A stretch of 64,000 bases of DNA, from IMG/VR virus record IMGVR_UViG_3300025705_000581; one strand, written 5' to 3'. This DNA is from a virus. Below, piece after piece: positions 1 to 8,755 of this stretch. Within the stretch, counting starts at the first letter, position 1; each line of letters starts with the position of its first letter. The notes below the pieces were generated by a model. It was not told where the DNA came from and did not search any database. It worked only from the letters and a program-made list of their open reading frames with translations. The translations under genes were made by a program, and so were the position numbers.

Positions 1-3
1 ATT

Positions 4-252
4 ATGACAGCACAAGATACATATCAAGTAACAGCAGATGAAATTCGTTCTTTTATTGAACGGTTTGAGCGTCTGCAAACAGAAAAGCAAGACATTCAAG
101 ATGCTCAAAAAGAAGTGATGGTTGAGGCAAAAGGACGAGGTTATGATACCAAGGTTCTACGTAAAGTCATCGCAATTCGTAAACGTAACCGTGACGATGT
201 AGACAATGAGAATGCTGTAACTCAAATGTATATGGAAGCATTGGGAATGTAA
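4..252 (+). CDS. gapR: GapR-like (DUF2312/UPF0335) nucleoid-associated DNA-binding protein
   Basis: 82 aa; EIRSFIERFERLQTEKQDIQDAQKEVMVEAKGRGYDTKVLRKVIAIRKR...YMEALGM matches the GapR/DUF2312 pattern typical of Alphaproteobacteria and their phages. Confidence 0.88.
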   Translation: MTAQDTYQVTADEIRSFIERFERLQTEKQDIQDAQKEVMVEAKGRGYDTKVLRKVIAIRKRNRDDVDNENAVTQMYMEALGM

Positions 253-275
253 TTTACAAGTTACAATCTGGCATT

Positions 276-302
276 AAAAAAGGAGGGGAAAATCCCCTCC
301 TT
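276..302 (-). terminator. Rho-independent terminator after gp23 (possibly bidirectional with gapR)
   Basis: Perfect stem AAGGAGGGG (280-288) / CCCCTCCTT (294-302); A-run 276-281 gives a U6 tail on the minus strand; lies between convergent genes. Confidence 0.85.
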
Positions 303-339
303 AGTAGTATCGTTAACCGATATCTTATTATTATTGTTC

Positions 340-1668
340 TTAGAACAAGTTAGATACCAATACACGGCGGTAGTACTGGTTGGTGTTTGCTGTAAGAGCA
401 CCAAGACCTTGTGAGTCGTGGTCACCTTCAGCATATGGGTTAGCAACCATACCGTAGCGAGTCTTAAACCCGATTTTTGGTTGGAAGCTGTTTTCACCAA
501 CGGCACGAACCATTTGCAACGGTACGTATGGGCAATAGAACAAGCCAGCATCAAATGCACTTGAACCTTTATAGCCGACAACCAAATAGTTGCTGCCTGC
601 ATATGGATCAATATACACTCTGTAACGACCGTTAAGAACACCGGCAAATGTGTTGCCTGTATCATCAACTGCCAAGTTGTTACCGTTAAGTGCTGGTGTG
701 TAATCAAGTACACCGGCCATTTGCAATGCTGATGCAACATCAGAAGAACAGATAACCATGTTACCTTTACCACGACGTGTACCTTTTGCAATTGCGTTTG
801 CTTCTTGTTCGATTTGGAACATCAAGCCCTTGAACTTCTCAACAGACCAACGACCGTTTGCATCGACGTCTAAGTCGAATGTACCTGGTGTTGCTGTGGC
901 AGCTGCACCTGATTTAGCAGTTGTGTAAATTGTACGAACCAACTCACGGTTGATTTCGACCAAGATTTCTGATTGCAGAATGTTTGCCAGCTCTGTTTCA
1001 GCATCCAAACCGTGTACGGCTTTAAGATCCTGAGCAAGTTCTGTTGTGTATTCTGCTTTCAATGCGCGTGATTTTGCAGTTACGGCAACTTTCTCGATTG
1101 AGAATGCCATTTCAGCAAATGCTGCACCTACACCGTCGCCCAATGCTTCAGCTGCTGCTGTTGTCATACCTGTACCAGTATTAGCAGATGCAGCGGAACC
1201 AACAGTACCTGCAGATGCACCAGCACCTGAGAAGCCTGTGGCTGCTTCGTTGTAGAATGCTTCGTCACCAGTTTGGTTGGTGTAATGCGAACGCATTGCG
1301 AAGATCAAGCCTGTTGGGCCTGTCATAGGTTGAACACCAGCAATGTCATATGCCATCAAGTTTGGCATAGCACGGCGTACCAGTGAAATCAGGATAGGAT
1401 CGTAACCTGCAACAGGACCTGCTGCGGTTGCGCCCGAACTGAAACCTGCTCCAGGTGAGGAACCTGCAGCATTGGTTGGTGCGGCTTCTGACAAGAATGA
1501 GCTCATGCCCACTTGTGTGTCGCCTGACTCCATAAGAGCCTTTTCTGTGTTTTCAAGAATCGTAGCGGTTACGCTTCTCTTGTGTTGGTCGGCGATTGGT
1601 GAAAAAGAATCGTGCTCAAGAATTGGGCCCCACTTCTCCACAAGCGCTTGATAGTTTGACTGAGTCAT
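340..1668 (-). CDS. gp23: Major capsid protein, T4 gp23 family
   Basis: Motifs LVRRAMPNLMAYDIAGVQPMTGPTGLIFAMRS, SRALKAEYTTELAQDLKAVHGLDAETEL, QPKIGFKTRYG; probable prohead-protease site LSE61/AAP. Confidence 0.98.
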   Translation of the reverse strand: MTQSNYQALVEKWGPILEHDSFSPIADQHKRSVTATILENTEKALMESGDTQVGMSSFLSEAAPTNAAGSSPGAGFSSGATAAGPVAGYDPILISLVRRAMPNLMAYDIAGVQPMTGPTGLIFAMRSHYTNQTGDEAFYNEAATGFSGAGASAGTVGSAASANTGTGMTTAAAEALGDGVGAAFAEMAFSIEKVAVTAKSRALKAEYTTELAQDLKAVHGLDAETELANILQSEILVEINRELVRTIYTTAKSGAAATATPGTFDLDVDANGRWSVEKFKGLMFQIEQEANAIAKGTRRGKGNMVICSSDVASALQMAGVLDYTPALNGNNLAVDDTGNTFAGVLNGRYRVYIDPYAGSNYLVVGYKGSSAFDAGLFYCPYVPLQMVRAVGENSFQPKIGFKTRYGMVANPYAEGDHDSQGLGALTANTNQYYRRVLVSNLF

Positions 1669-1705
1669 ATCTGTCTATCTCCTTGTTTTGGTTTTCTTCT
1701 GGATA

Positions 1706-1713
1706 TATTTATA
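1706..1713 (-). promoter_or_regulatory. T4-type late promoter (TATAAATA) for gp23
   Basis: Exact TATAAATA on the minus strand in the gp22-gp23 spacer. Confidence 0.8.
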
Positions 1714-1720
1714 AAAGTTA

Positions 1721-2671
1721 TTATTTCAAATGTGTTTTAGCGTTAAGAGCCTCGACGAGAGCATTAACTGTATAATGATCTGATGCAGGTTTAGCTACAA
1801 CGGTATCTTCTACAATGATTTCGTCTTCCTCAACATTAGCATCTTCCGTTACGGCTTTTGCTTCTGTAAAGAATGATTCCTTAAGAGTGTTAAGGTTTGC
1901 GGTATACTCTTCGATATTATCAAAATCGAGCTTTTCAGCAAGAATCTTCATTCTTTCCTGTTGGGTCAGAGTAAGATCCTCAGTGACTTCTGCGAACACT
2001 TTTCCGGCTTGCAAAGAAGTGATCTCTTTTTGCAATGCAATGTTCTCGTCAATACGAGCGTTTGCATCATTTTTCAATCCTTCAACTTCTTCTTCAAGCT
2101 CAGCAACAACATCAACGGTATCTTCGTTGATTGCAATGTTGTGCTCTTCAAAAAGTCCTTTCAGACCGTCCATCAACGATTCTGCCATTTCAACCTTAAT
2201 GCCGGCTTCGATAGCAACTTCGTTTTCTGTCATCCACTCTTCTACAACATAGTCGAGATAGGAATCTAGGTTTTCAACAAGGCCATTGACAGTTGAGTCA
2301 ATTGAAGATTTCATTTCTTCATCAAGCTGTGTTGAATATTCTTCATTCATTTTGGCAGCTTTTACCGCAGCACTTTCATTTACTGCTGCTTCAAATACCA
2401 AAGTTACTTTTGATTTAAACTCTTCTGAAAGATCCATACCTTCAAACATTGCTGAGATTGATTCGTCAAGTTCAACGACTTCTTCTACAACAACTTCTGT
2501 ATCTTCTTTCATTCCAGGTGTTACTGCTGCAACTTTTTCAGGTGTTGGATTAACCTTCTTTGCTAGATCAGCCTTGTGTTTTTTTGCCGTACCGCCTTTT
2601 GGTGTAACAGGATCTTCAACTGAAGAAACACCATCGTCGGCTACAAACTTTTCTTGTAGTTCATCTGACAT
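1721..2671 (-). CDS. gp22: Prohead core scaffold protein, gp22 family
   Basis: Acidic coiled-coil protein with FKSKVTLVFEAAV, LDSYLDYVVEEWMTENEVAIE, LNTLKESFF; between gp21 and gp23. Confidence 0.93.
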   Translation of the reverse strand: MSDELQEKFVADDGVSSVEDPVTPKGGTAKKHKADLAKKVNPTPEKVAAVTPGMKEDTEVVVEEVVELDESISAMFEGMDLSEEFKSKVTLVFEAAVNESAAVKAAKMNEEYSTQLDEEMKSSIDSTVNGLVENLDSYLDYVVEEWMTENEVAIEAGIKVEMAESLMDGLKGLFEEHNIAINEDTVDVVAELEEEVEGLKNDANARIDENIALQKEITSLQAGKVFAEVTEDLTLTQQERMKILAEKLDFDNIEEYTANLNTLKESFFTEAKAVTEDANVEEDEIIVEDTVVAKPASDHYTVNALVEALNAKTHLK

Positions 2672-2707
2672 GCTTACTACTCCTTTTGTTATATTCTTTA
2701 TACCTAA

Positions 2708-2715
2708 TATTTATA
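2708..2715 (-). promoter_or_regulatory. T4-type late promoter for gp22
   Basis: Exact TATAAATA in the gp21-gp22 spacer. Confidence 0.78.
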
Positions 2716-2719
2716 ATTT

Positions 2720-3421
2720 TCATTTTCTGAGTGATTCGATAAATTTATTCAACATAGCAGCTGCTTGTGCTTCATCAATCCGCTTAACAACTGTTCTATA
2801 TTGTGTTTCAACTTCTTGTTGAATTTCTTCAATCACTTCAGCAACCTGTTCTTGAACCTGCGCGGGCAACCAAGAAGATGAAGCAATATCATAAAAATAT
2901 TCAACATTTTCCATAATACCATTTACGAAACAATTAGGGCCAGACGGATCGGTTACAACATCAACAGTAGCTAAATGGAAATCTGATTGAACTTCCATGA
3001 TACCATCTTTTGTTGGTTTAACTGAACCAAGTCCACGTGTTGATACACCGACCTGAACTCCTTCGTCAATGAATGTCTTAACAATTTCACCCATTGGAGT
3101 ACCAAGCAATTTTGCTTTACCCATAAAGTTTGAACCATCTCTCCTCATTTCAGTAATCAAATGAGACACACGGTCGCCGTTTACGGTTGGTCCATCAGGG
3201 TGGCCAAGTTCCCCAAGAGCTCGTTTGGTTTCAACAAAATCTTTATTGTATCGAACCATTTCTTTCTCAAGGATTTCGGATGGGTAACATCTGCCATTTC
3301 GATTGTTAATGTCACCTTGCATAAAGATACCTTCAATGAAGTAGGACTTTTTGCCAGTTTCTTCATTTAATTCTGTGCTTGTGGAGGCACTTTCGTTAAA
3401 AATTTCTGTAATAAGTTTCAT
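2720..3421 (-). CDS. gp21: Prohead protease, gp21 family
   Basis: IEGIFMQGDINNRNGRCYP, ALGELGHP, GVSTRGLGS, DVVTDPS motifs. Confidence 0.96.
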   Translation of the reverse strand: MKLITEIFNESASTSTELNEETGKKSYFIEGIFMQGDINNRNGRCYPSEILEKEMVRYNKDFVETKRALGELGHPDGPTVNGDRVSHLITEMRRDGSNFMGKAKLLGTPMGEIVKTFIDEGVQVGVSTRGLGSVKPTKDGIMEVQSDFHLATVDVVTDPSGPNCFVNGIMENVEYFYDIASSSWLPAQVQEQVAEVIEEIQQEVETQYRTVVKRIDEAQAAAMLNKFIESLRK

Positions 3422-3446
3422 ATCATTAGGTCCTTTATTTGTAATA

Positions 3447-3454
3447 TATTTATA
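3447..3454 (-). promoter_or_regulatory. T4-type late promoter for gp21
   Basis: Exact TATAAATA in the spacer upstream of gp21. Confidence 0.78.
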
Positions 3455-3478
3455 ATATTATTACCTTTTAATCCTTTA

Positions 3479-4684
3479 TTAAAGTGCTTCTCTTGCAAAT
3501 CCTACGATTTCATCATAGCCTGCTTGATCTTTTTTCATAACGGATTCCATTTGTTTACGGTTTTTTGTATTCAGACCTTTAAACATTGAATTAAGCAACT
3601 TGGCATCCTGAGATGAAACCCTAGTTGATTTGCCGTTGTCAAATTTAAAATTACCAGGTCTTACTGCCTCATCTAAATTAACACTCTCATTTTTTTCCCA
3701 AGGTGCTTTTTTCAATGTGACTGCTTTTTTGCCAGCTTTGGTTGAGGCTGTTGCTTTATCCAATTCTTTTGCAAGTGCAGCACTTTGACTTTCTTTCACA
3801 CCACCGCCAAGAGCTCTTCTGATTAACTCATTTGCTTTAACTTTTTTGGTTTCAGACATCTTATCCATGCCGTGATCGTCTGTTTGCTTTGCTTTTGTTG
3901 TTCTCATAACTGTGCGAGTTTTGCCATCAGGACCAGTCATAGTTACTGGTTTTTTTGTAGCAGCTTGAGTTGTTTCCTCAAGTTCTTCGCCCATTGACAT
4001 TACTTCGGCTGTTGCATAACTGTAAAGTGTTTGCATTTCTTTTGCCACACCTGCCAATTTGTTTTGAAACCATTCTTCAGGATCTGATGTTTTTGACACA
4101 TATGCCGCAATACCTTGCATTGCGTGTGACATTGAACGCAAAGCATTCATCATCATTGGCTTTTCTTCCATTGGGTTTTCAGCAAGATCAACATCTTCTT
4201 TCATAGAATTTTTATATAGATCCAATGCTTTTGCATATTTTGGATTTTTCATCATACGTTTTGATTCACCGTGATCTGGATTATCGTGTGCCATACGGAC
4301 CGTAGGCTCATCCAAGGAATGCTTTTTCATATGCTTCTTATATATATTCCACTTTTTAGAGTCTACACTTGGCCCGAATCTATTTCTCATCGGGGTCATT
4401 GAACGTGAGATCTCATCAATTTGTTCTGCTTCTTCGCCTAACTTACGACCGCCACCTGCATCTGAACCAGTTTTCTTGATATATGCTGAGTCATAGTTTG
4501 CATCAGTGCCATCATCGGCTGGACGCTTTTTCTTAGTTTTACCTTTGATCTCACCAGTAAACTGATCGTCTGGTGCAACCGGATGTTTAACCGTTTCAGC
4601 ATCGTGCATATCTTTAAAGCGATTATTTTCGTCGGAGCGGTTATGCTTCGATACTTCAGATAGTTTTTGTTTAAAAGACTTCAT
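3479..4684 (-). CDS. Prohead core / internal head protein (gp67-gp68 position), likely protease-processed
   Basis: 401 aa, highly charged, between portal and protease where T4 has 67/68; repeated (I/L)-x-E motifs. Confidence 0.6.
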   Translation of the reverse strand: MKSFKQKLSEVSKHNRSDENNRFKDMHDAETVKHPVAPDDQFTGEIKGKTKKKRPADDGTDANYDSAYIKKTGSDAGGGRKLGEEAEQIDEISRSMTPMRNRFGPSVDSKKWNIYKKHMKKHSLDEPTVRMAHDNPDHGESKRMMKNPKYAKALDLYKNSMKEDVDLAENPMEEKPMMMNALRSMSHAMQGIAAYVSKTSDPEEWFQNKLAGVAKEMQTLYSYATAEVMSMGEELEETTQAATKKPVTMTGPDGKTRTVMRTTKAKQTDDHGMDKMSETKKVKANELIRRALGGGVKESQSAALAKELDKATASTKAGKKAVTLKKAPWEKNESVNLDEAVRPGNFKFDNGKSTRVSSQDAKLLNSMFKGLNTKNRKQMESVMKKDQAGYDEIVGFAREAL

Positions 4685-4722
4685 AACGCCTCTCCTAAAT
4701 TGATTTAATTCTATTTATCATT

Positions 4723-6240
4723 TTATTCTTCTTCAGGCTCATCAGGATATTCAGCCTTTTCAGCTTCAATCTGTTCCTTCATATCTTTCATTTCATCATC
4801 TGACATCTGAAGGACGTTACGGATAACCCATTCTCTTGAATAATAAACACCAACATGGTCTTCAACATCACGTAGTGTTTGCATACGCTCACGGATAATT
4901 TCTGCTTCTTTTAATTCTTCAAAGTAATTGTCATTGATAAAGTCGTAACGAATAGCATTTTTGATCTGTGCAAATTCTTCAGGTGTCATAATACCTTTAA
5001 GGATCAATTGTCTTTCGAGCATAATAGTAAACAATCCAGCAAACCGTGACCTAACACGGCGGATCATTTTAGTAAACTTCAATTCGTCACGAGTAATCTC
5101 TGTACTTCTACCAAAAGTATTCATTGTTTCAGGCTCAAGACGTGTTAACGGTACACGCAATGATTTAAACAACTTGTTCTTAAAGTATTGCATATTTTCA
5201 TCAGTACTTAGTGCCTGAGATGAACCTCCTGCAAGTGTATCAACTTCTGTTGACCTTTCACCGCCTCTACGAGGGAACCAAAAGTCTTCAGTCATTGTCA
5301 TCATTTTGCGGGCATCACTAATTTCACCAGTACTTGAATTATATTGTAACTTATTCTTATGGCGAACCATCATATCACGCAGATATTGTTCAGCCTTTGA
5401 TTTCGGCAAGTTACCAACATCAATATAGAAAATACGGCGTTCAGGTGCTCTCGTTAATGTATAGATAACGGTTGCATCTTCCAACATTCTCAACTGATTG
5501 AGTGGTTTAATTGCAGGATGTAGATATGACAAAACAAGGGAATTAGTTTCATTCATAAGGCCTGAAGTAACTCGAGCAACCGAGTCCTTAGCAATTTTGT
5601 AGCCTTGTGTACCTTGAGTTGCTGATGATGATCTATCGGCACCAAATCCATTTTCAGAATACATATAATATTCTGCTTTTACTTTTTTAACGGGAATACC
5701 GGAATGTTCATCCTTTGACCGTTTATCAACCTCACGAATAAGTTTAAGTTTCCGTGGATCAACATATCTTACCTCAACAATACCTTGCTTAAGGTCTTCA
5801 TTATTAATCATCATATGATAGTTTAATCTTCCGTCTACATAGAACTTGGAAAATATTTCATATGCGGTATTTTGAAAATCCAATAATGTCAGGACATTTT
5901 CAAATTCTTCAGTTACTTTATTCTTAACTTTGTCGGGAAGATCGGTATCATCTAATACGATCTCGACAGTTTTATCATCTGATGAGACACTAATTGCTTC
6001 ATTAACAACTTCATCAATGCCCTGAGTAATTTCAGGTTGCATTGCCATAACTCTATATTTTGTAACAAGCTCGGACTCTGTTTTGGCATTCCCTTCCATA
6101 TCGAGGAAGGTACCATAAAAGCCACCCATAGCATTGCCGACGGTAATAGCACCGTCATCGTTTTGCGGTTCAGCAAAGGAGACCGGAACATTGTCGGACT
6201 CCTCTACTTCACGCTTGATTTCAAAACCAAAAATTCTCAT
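4723..6240 (-). CDS. gp20: Portal vertex protein, gp20 family
   Basis: NQLRMLEDATVIYTLTRAPERRIFYIDVGNLPKSKAEQYLRDMM, EDFWFPRRGGERSTEVDTLAGG, ITRDELKF. Confidence 0.97.
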   Translation of the reverse strand: MRIFGFEIKREVEESDNVPVSFAEPQNDDGAITVGNAMGGFYGTFLDMEGNAKTESELVTKYRVMAMQPEITQGIDEVVNEAISVSSDDKTVEIVLDDTDLPDKVKNKVTEEFENVLTLLDFQNTAYEIFSKFYVDGRLNYHMMINNEDLKQGIVEVRYVDPRKLKLIREVDKRSKDEHSGIPVKKVKAEYYMYSENGFGADRSSSATQGTQGYKIAKDSVARVTSGLMNETNSLVLSYLHPAIKPLNQLRMLEDATVIYTLTRAPERRIFYIDVGNLPKSKAEQYLRDMMVRHKNKLQYNSSTGEISDARKMMTMTEDFWFPRRGGERSTEVDTLAGGSSQALSTDENMQYFKNKLFKSLRVPLTRLEPETMNTFGRSTEITRDELKFTKMIRRVRSRFAGLFTIMLERQLILKGIMTPEEFAQIKNAIRYDFINDNYFEELKEAEIIRERMQTLRDVEDHVGVYYSREWVIRNVLQMSDDEMKDMKEQIEAEKAEYPDEPEEE

Positions 6241-6263
6241 TTATTTCACCTTATCATATTATA

Positions 6264-6797
6264 TTAAGTGGTTGGAATACCGGTATTGCCTTCAACTCTC
6301 CATAAATCATATTGGAAGGTAACACCGAATTCTTCGATGGTATCCTGCTGTTGCCAATCCATTTGAATTCCTTCAATTGCAGTTGGGAACATTCCTTCAA
6401 AAACATATGTTCTAAGAACTGAACCATTTTTACTGAATTGAGTAATCAACCCATTTGACTTGTAATCCTGTGGCAACCCACGGACATTCGAGTCGTGTGA
6501 GTTGATTGAATTTGACCAAGCTTCCATAGCATTACGGATAGCAAAATCTTCATCGTTGATAATTGTGACCGACCAATCTGCGAATACTCTATCACCTGCG
6601 TACTTTACTTCTCTTCCAAAGTATGGTACAACATACTGACCTACTGTCGATTCTGGAATTCCCGCAGAACGGACCATGAATGGCACTTTAAAGTCAGCAC
6701 CCGGAGCGACCGGGTTAGTGATTTGAACTTCGAATAGCGTAGGACGAGCACCACCACCAACTAGCTCCGATTTGAACTGATTGATATTAAATGCCAT
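6264..6797 (-). CDS. gp19: Tail tube protein, gp19 family
   Basis: GGGARPTLFEV, VPYFGREVKYAGDRVFADWSVTIINDEDF, IEEFGVTFQYD. Confidence 0.96.
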   Translation of the reverse strand: MAFNINQFKSELVGGGARPTLFEVQITNPVAPGADFKVPFMVRSAGIPESTVGQYVVPYFGREVKYAGDRVFADWSVTIINDEDFAIRNAMEAWSNSINSHDSNVRGLPQDYKSNGLITQFSKNGSVLRTYVFEGMFPTAIEGIQMDWQQQDTIEEFGVTFQYDLWRVEGNTGIPTT

Positions 6798-6826
6798 TTT
6801 CTATTCTCCTTTTATTAATCTATTTA

Positions 6827-8686
6827 TTAAGTTAGCTGACCAACAATTTCGTCAAACTCAATACCTGTTCTTGTTGCGATAAATGTCAATTCAATAACAT
6901 TAATAGAACGAGCAGGCTTGATAAAGATGCTTGCACGGAATTTGTTTTGATCTACAATTTCAGGAGTGTTCACAGTAGAGTCAGAAATTACTCTATAGTC
7001 AATAATACCACGTCTTCCTTGAATGTCACGTAGGAACGGATCAACAATATTTTTAAATTGTGTTTGAGTAAACTCGTCGTTTAGCTCGAATAAGAACCCT
7101 TCCGCCGCGGTAGCAATTGCTTTCTCAACTGCAATAAACAGCCTACGAACATTGAGACGGTCAAATGCCGATGCGAATGTCTGAGATGTTTTATCACCGA
7201 ACAATAATACTCCTTGTCCGATTTGAGACATTACTGGGTTAATTCCGTGACTATATAGCTGATCTCGTTGTGCTTTACTTGGATTAAATGCAAGCTTAAC
7301 AACATTCTTAATCAAACCTTTTCTAAATCCTGCAGGTGATTCCCATACTTCAACTCTTGATGCAAGACCTGCCATGTCACCGTTTAATGGTACCCAGCGA
7401 TATTGGTCGTTATATTTATCATAGCGATACTTATATCCGCTATCCATAAACATATATGAGTTCAATGGACTAATTTTATTTTTGTGTTCAATAATTTTAG
7501 TCATTTTGGCATTTGGTTTGTTTTCATCAACTGCCGCGAGTTTCGATGGTGAAACATACATTACGCAATCTTTACGTACGTCAACAATATTTGACATAAT
7601 GTAGCTTGCGTGAGTACCAGCATCATCACTCTTACCAACAAGGATACTTGAAATATCAATTTCGTTTGTATTTGTGAATTGGTCATATGCGCCGCCGATT
7701 GCTGCAAGTGTTGTGTTTGCTTCGTCAGTTGCGTTTGATCCACCTGCCATTGTTTCGTAAACAGTAAGGCTTGTGTTAGCAGTTCCGATAGCAGCTGTGT
7801 TTGCAACATTAATCCAAGATGAACCGTTTTCAATTACAGTATCAAAATATTTTAATGTGCCGTCTGCTCTTGTTGCGTTGTTTGCAGTTGATAGGTTTTC
7901 AAATGTTTCCAGGATAGTATTTGCTTTTCCTGAAATATCTCCTGTGCTATCAATAACTGCAACGTGAATATGATTTGCGTCAGGTGCACCATTGAACAAG
8001 CTATTGTATGCCCACTTAGTTTCCATTGAGATGGTAGGTAGCGAGGTTGCAGCCAAGGTGTATGAATTATCAAACGCCATGGTATACGCATAACCTGTTG
8101 TTGTATTTGCTTCGATAATTTCTGATTCTGCAACAGAAGCAACACTAAGGTTTTGATAACCTACGCTATCGTTACCTACAGTAAGTACATCACCTACAGT
8201 TACAGATGTAATTCTGTCAGCAGGTACAACTTCAAAAGTAACTGTTTTTGCGCCAAACTCAATAGTTTGCTTAACTGCTGGGTTTGAAATTTTATTTGTT
8301 GGAATATCGCCCGCAACAATTTCAACATTACCAAATCCTCCTGCGGAACAATAAGCAACACTCAATGAGTCGCCTAGTTCACCTGGATATTTTGCTGTGA
8401 AAATTGTGTTTGCTGCGGTGTTTGAACTATCGTCAGCACGTACTACCCACAACGCATTTGAATATGCGAGGAAGTCAGCAGCAGTAAACCATGTTTCGTA
8501 GTTACCATCATTTGGTTTACCAAAACGGTCTGCCAATTGTGTTTCTGCTGAGATTAAGATCGGCTCATTAACTGGACCCCAATTAAAAATGCCAGCTATC
8601 GCAGCAGGTGGTGTACTGATGGCCGGGACAACCGCCGATGCGTCGATTTCTCGAACGATGACCGAAGGACTTACGGAAAAAGCCAT
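6827..8686 (-). CDS. gp18: Tail sheath protein, gp18 family
   Basis: SPSVIVREID, WGPVNEP, YKYRYDKYNDQYRWVPLNGDMAGL, FDRLNVRRLF, IKPARSINVIELTFIATRTG. Confidence 0.97.
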   Translation of the reverse strand: MAFSVSPSVIVREIDASAVVPAISTPPAAIAGIFNWGPVNEPILISAETQLADRFGKPNDGNYETWFTAADFLAYSNALWVVRADDSSNTAANTIFTAKYPGELGDSLSVAYCSAGGFGNVEIVAGDIPTNKISNPAVKQTIEFGAKTVTFEVVPADRITSVTVGDVLTVGNDSVGYQNLSVASVAESEIIEANTTTGYAYTMAFDNSYTLAATSLPTISMETKWAYNSLFNGAPDANHIHVAVIDSTGDISGKANTILETFENLSTANNATRADGTLKYFDTVIENGSSWINVANTAAIGTANTSLTVYETMAGGSNATDEANTTLAAIGGAYDQFTNTNEIDISSILVGKSDDAGTHASYIMSNIVDVRKDCVMYVSPSKLAAVDENKPNAKMTKIIEHKNKISPLNSYMFMDSGYKYRYDKYNDQYRWVPLNGDMAGLASRVEVWESPAGFRKGLIKNVVKLAFNPSKAQRDQLYSHGINPVMSQIGQGVLLFGDKTSQTFASAFDRLNVRRLFIAVEKAIATAAEGFLFELNDEFTQTQFKNIVDPFLRDIQGRRGIIDYRVISDSTVNTPEIVDQNKFRASIFIKPARSINVIELTFIATRTGIEFDEIVGQLT

Positions 8687-8736
8687 ATTTTTCTCCTTTA
8701 TGTATTAGAAACTTGTTTTTGTTTTATCACTGTTTC

Positions 8737-8744
8737 TATTTATA
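8737..8744 (-). promoter_or_regulatory. T4-type late promoter for gp18
   Basis: Exact TATAAATA in the gp17-gp18 spacer. Confidence 0.78.
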
Positions 8745-8755
8745 AATGTTCCGAT

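Noticed and set aside
261-791. Alternate-frame ORF overlapping the gp23 3' end (possible frameshift-extended capsid protein)
   Set aside because: It runs through the terminator at 276-302, has no protein-like features, and I found no slippery site
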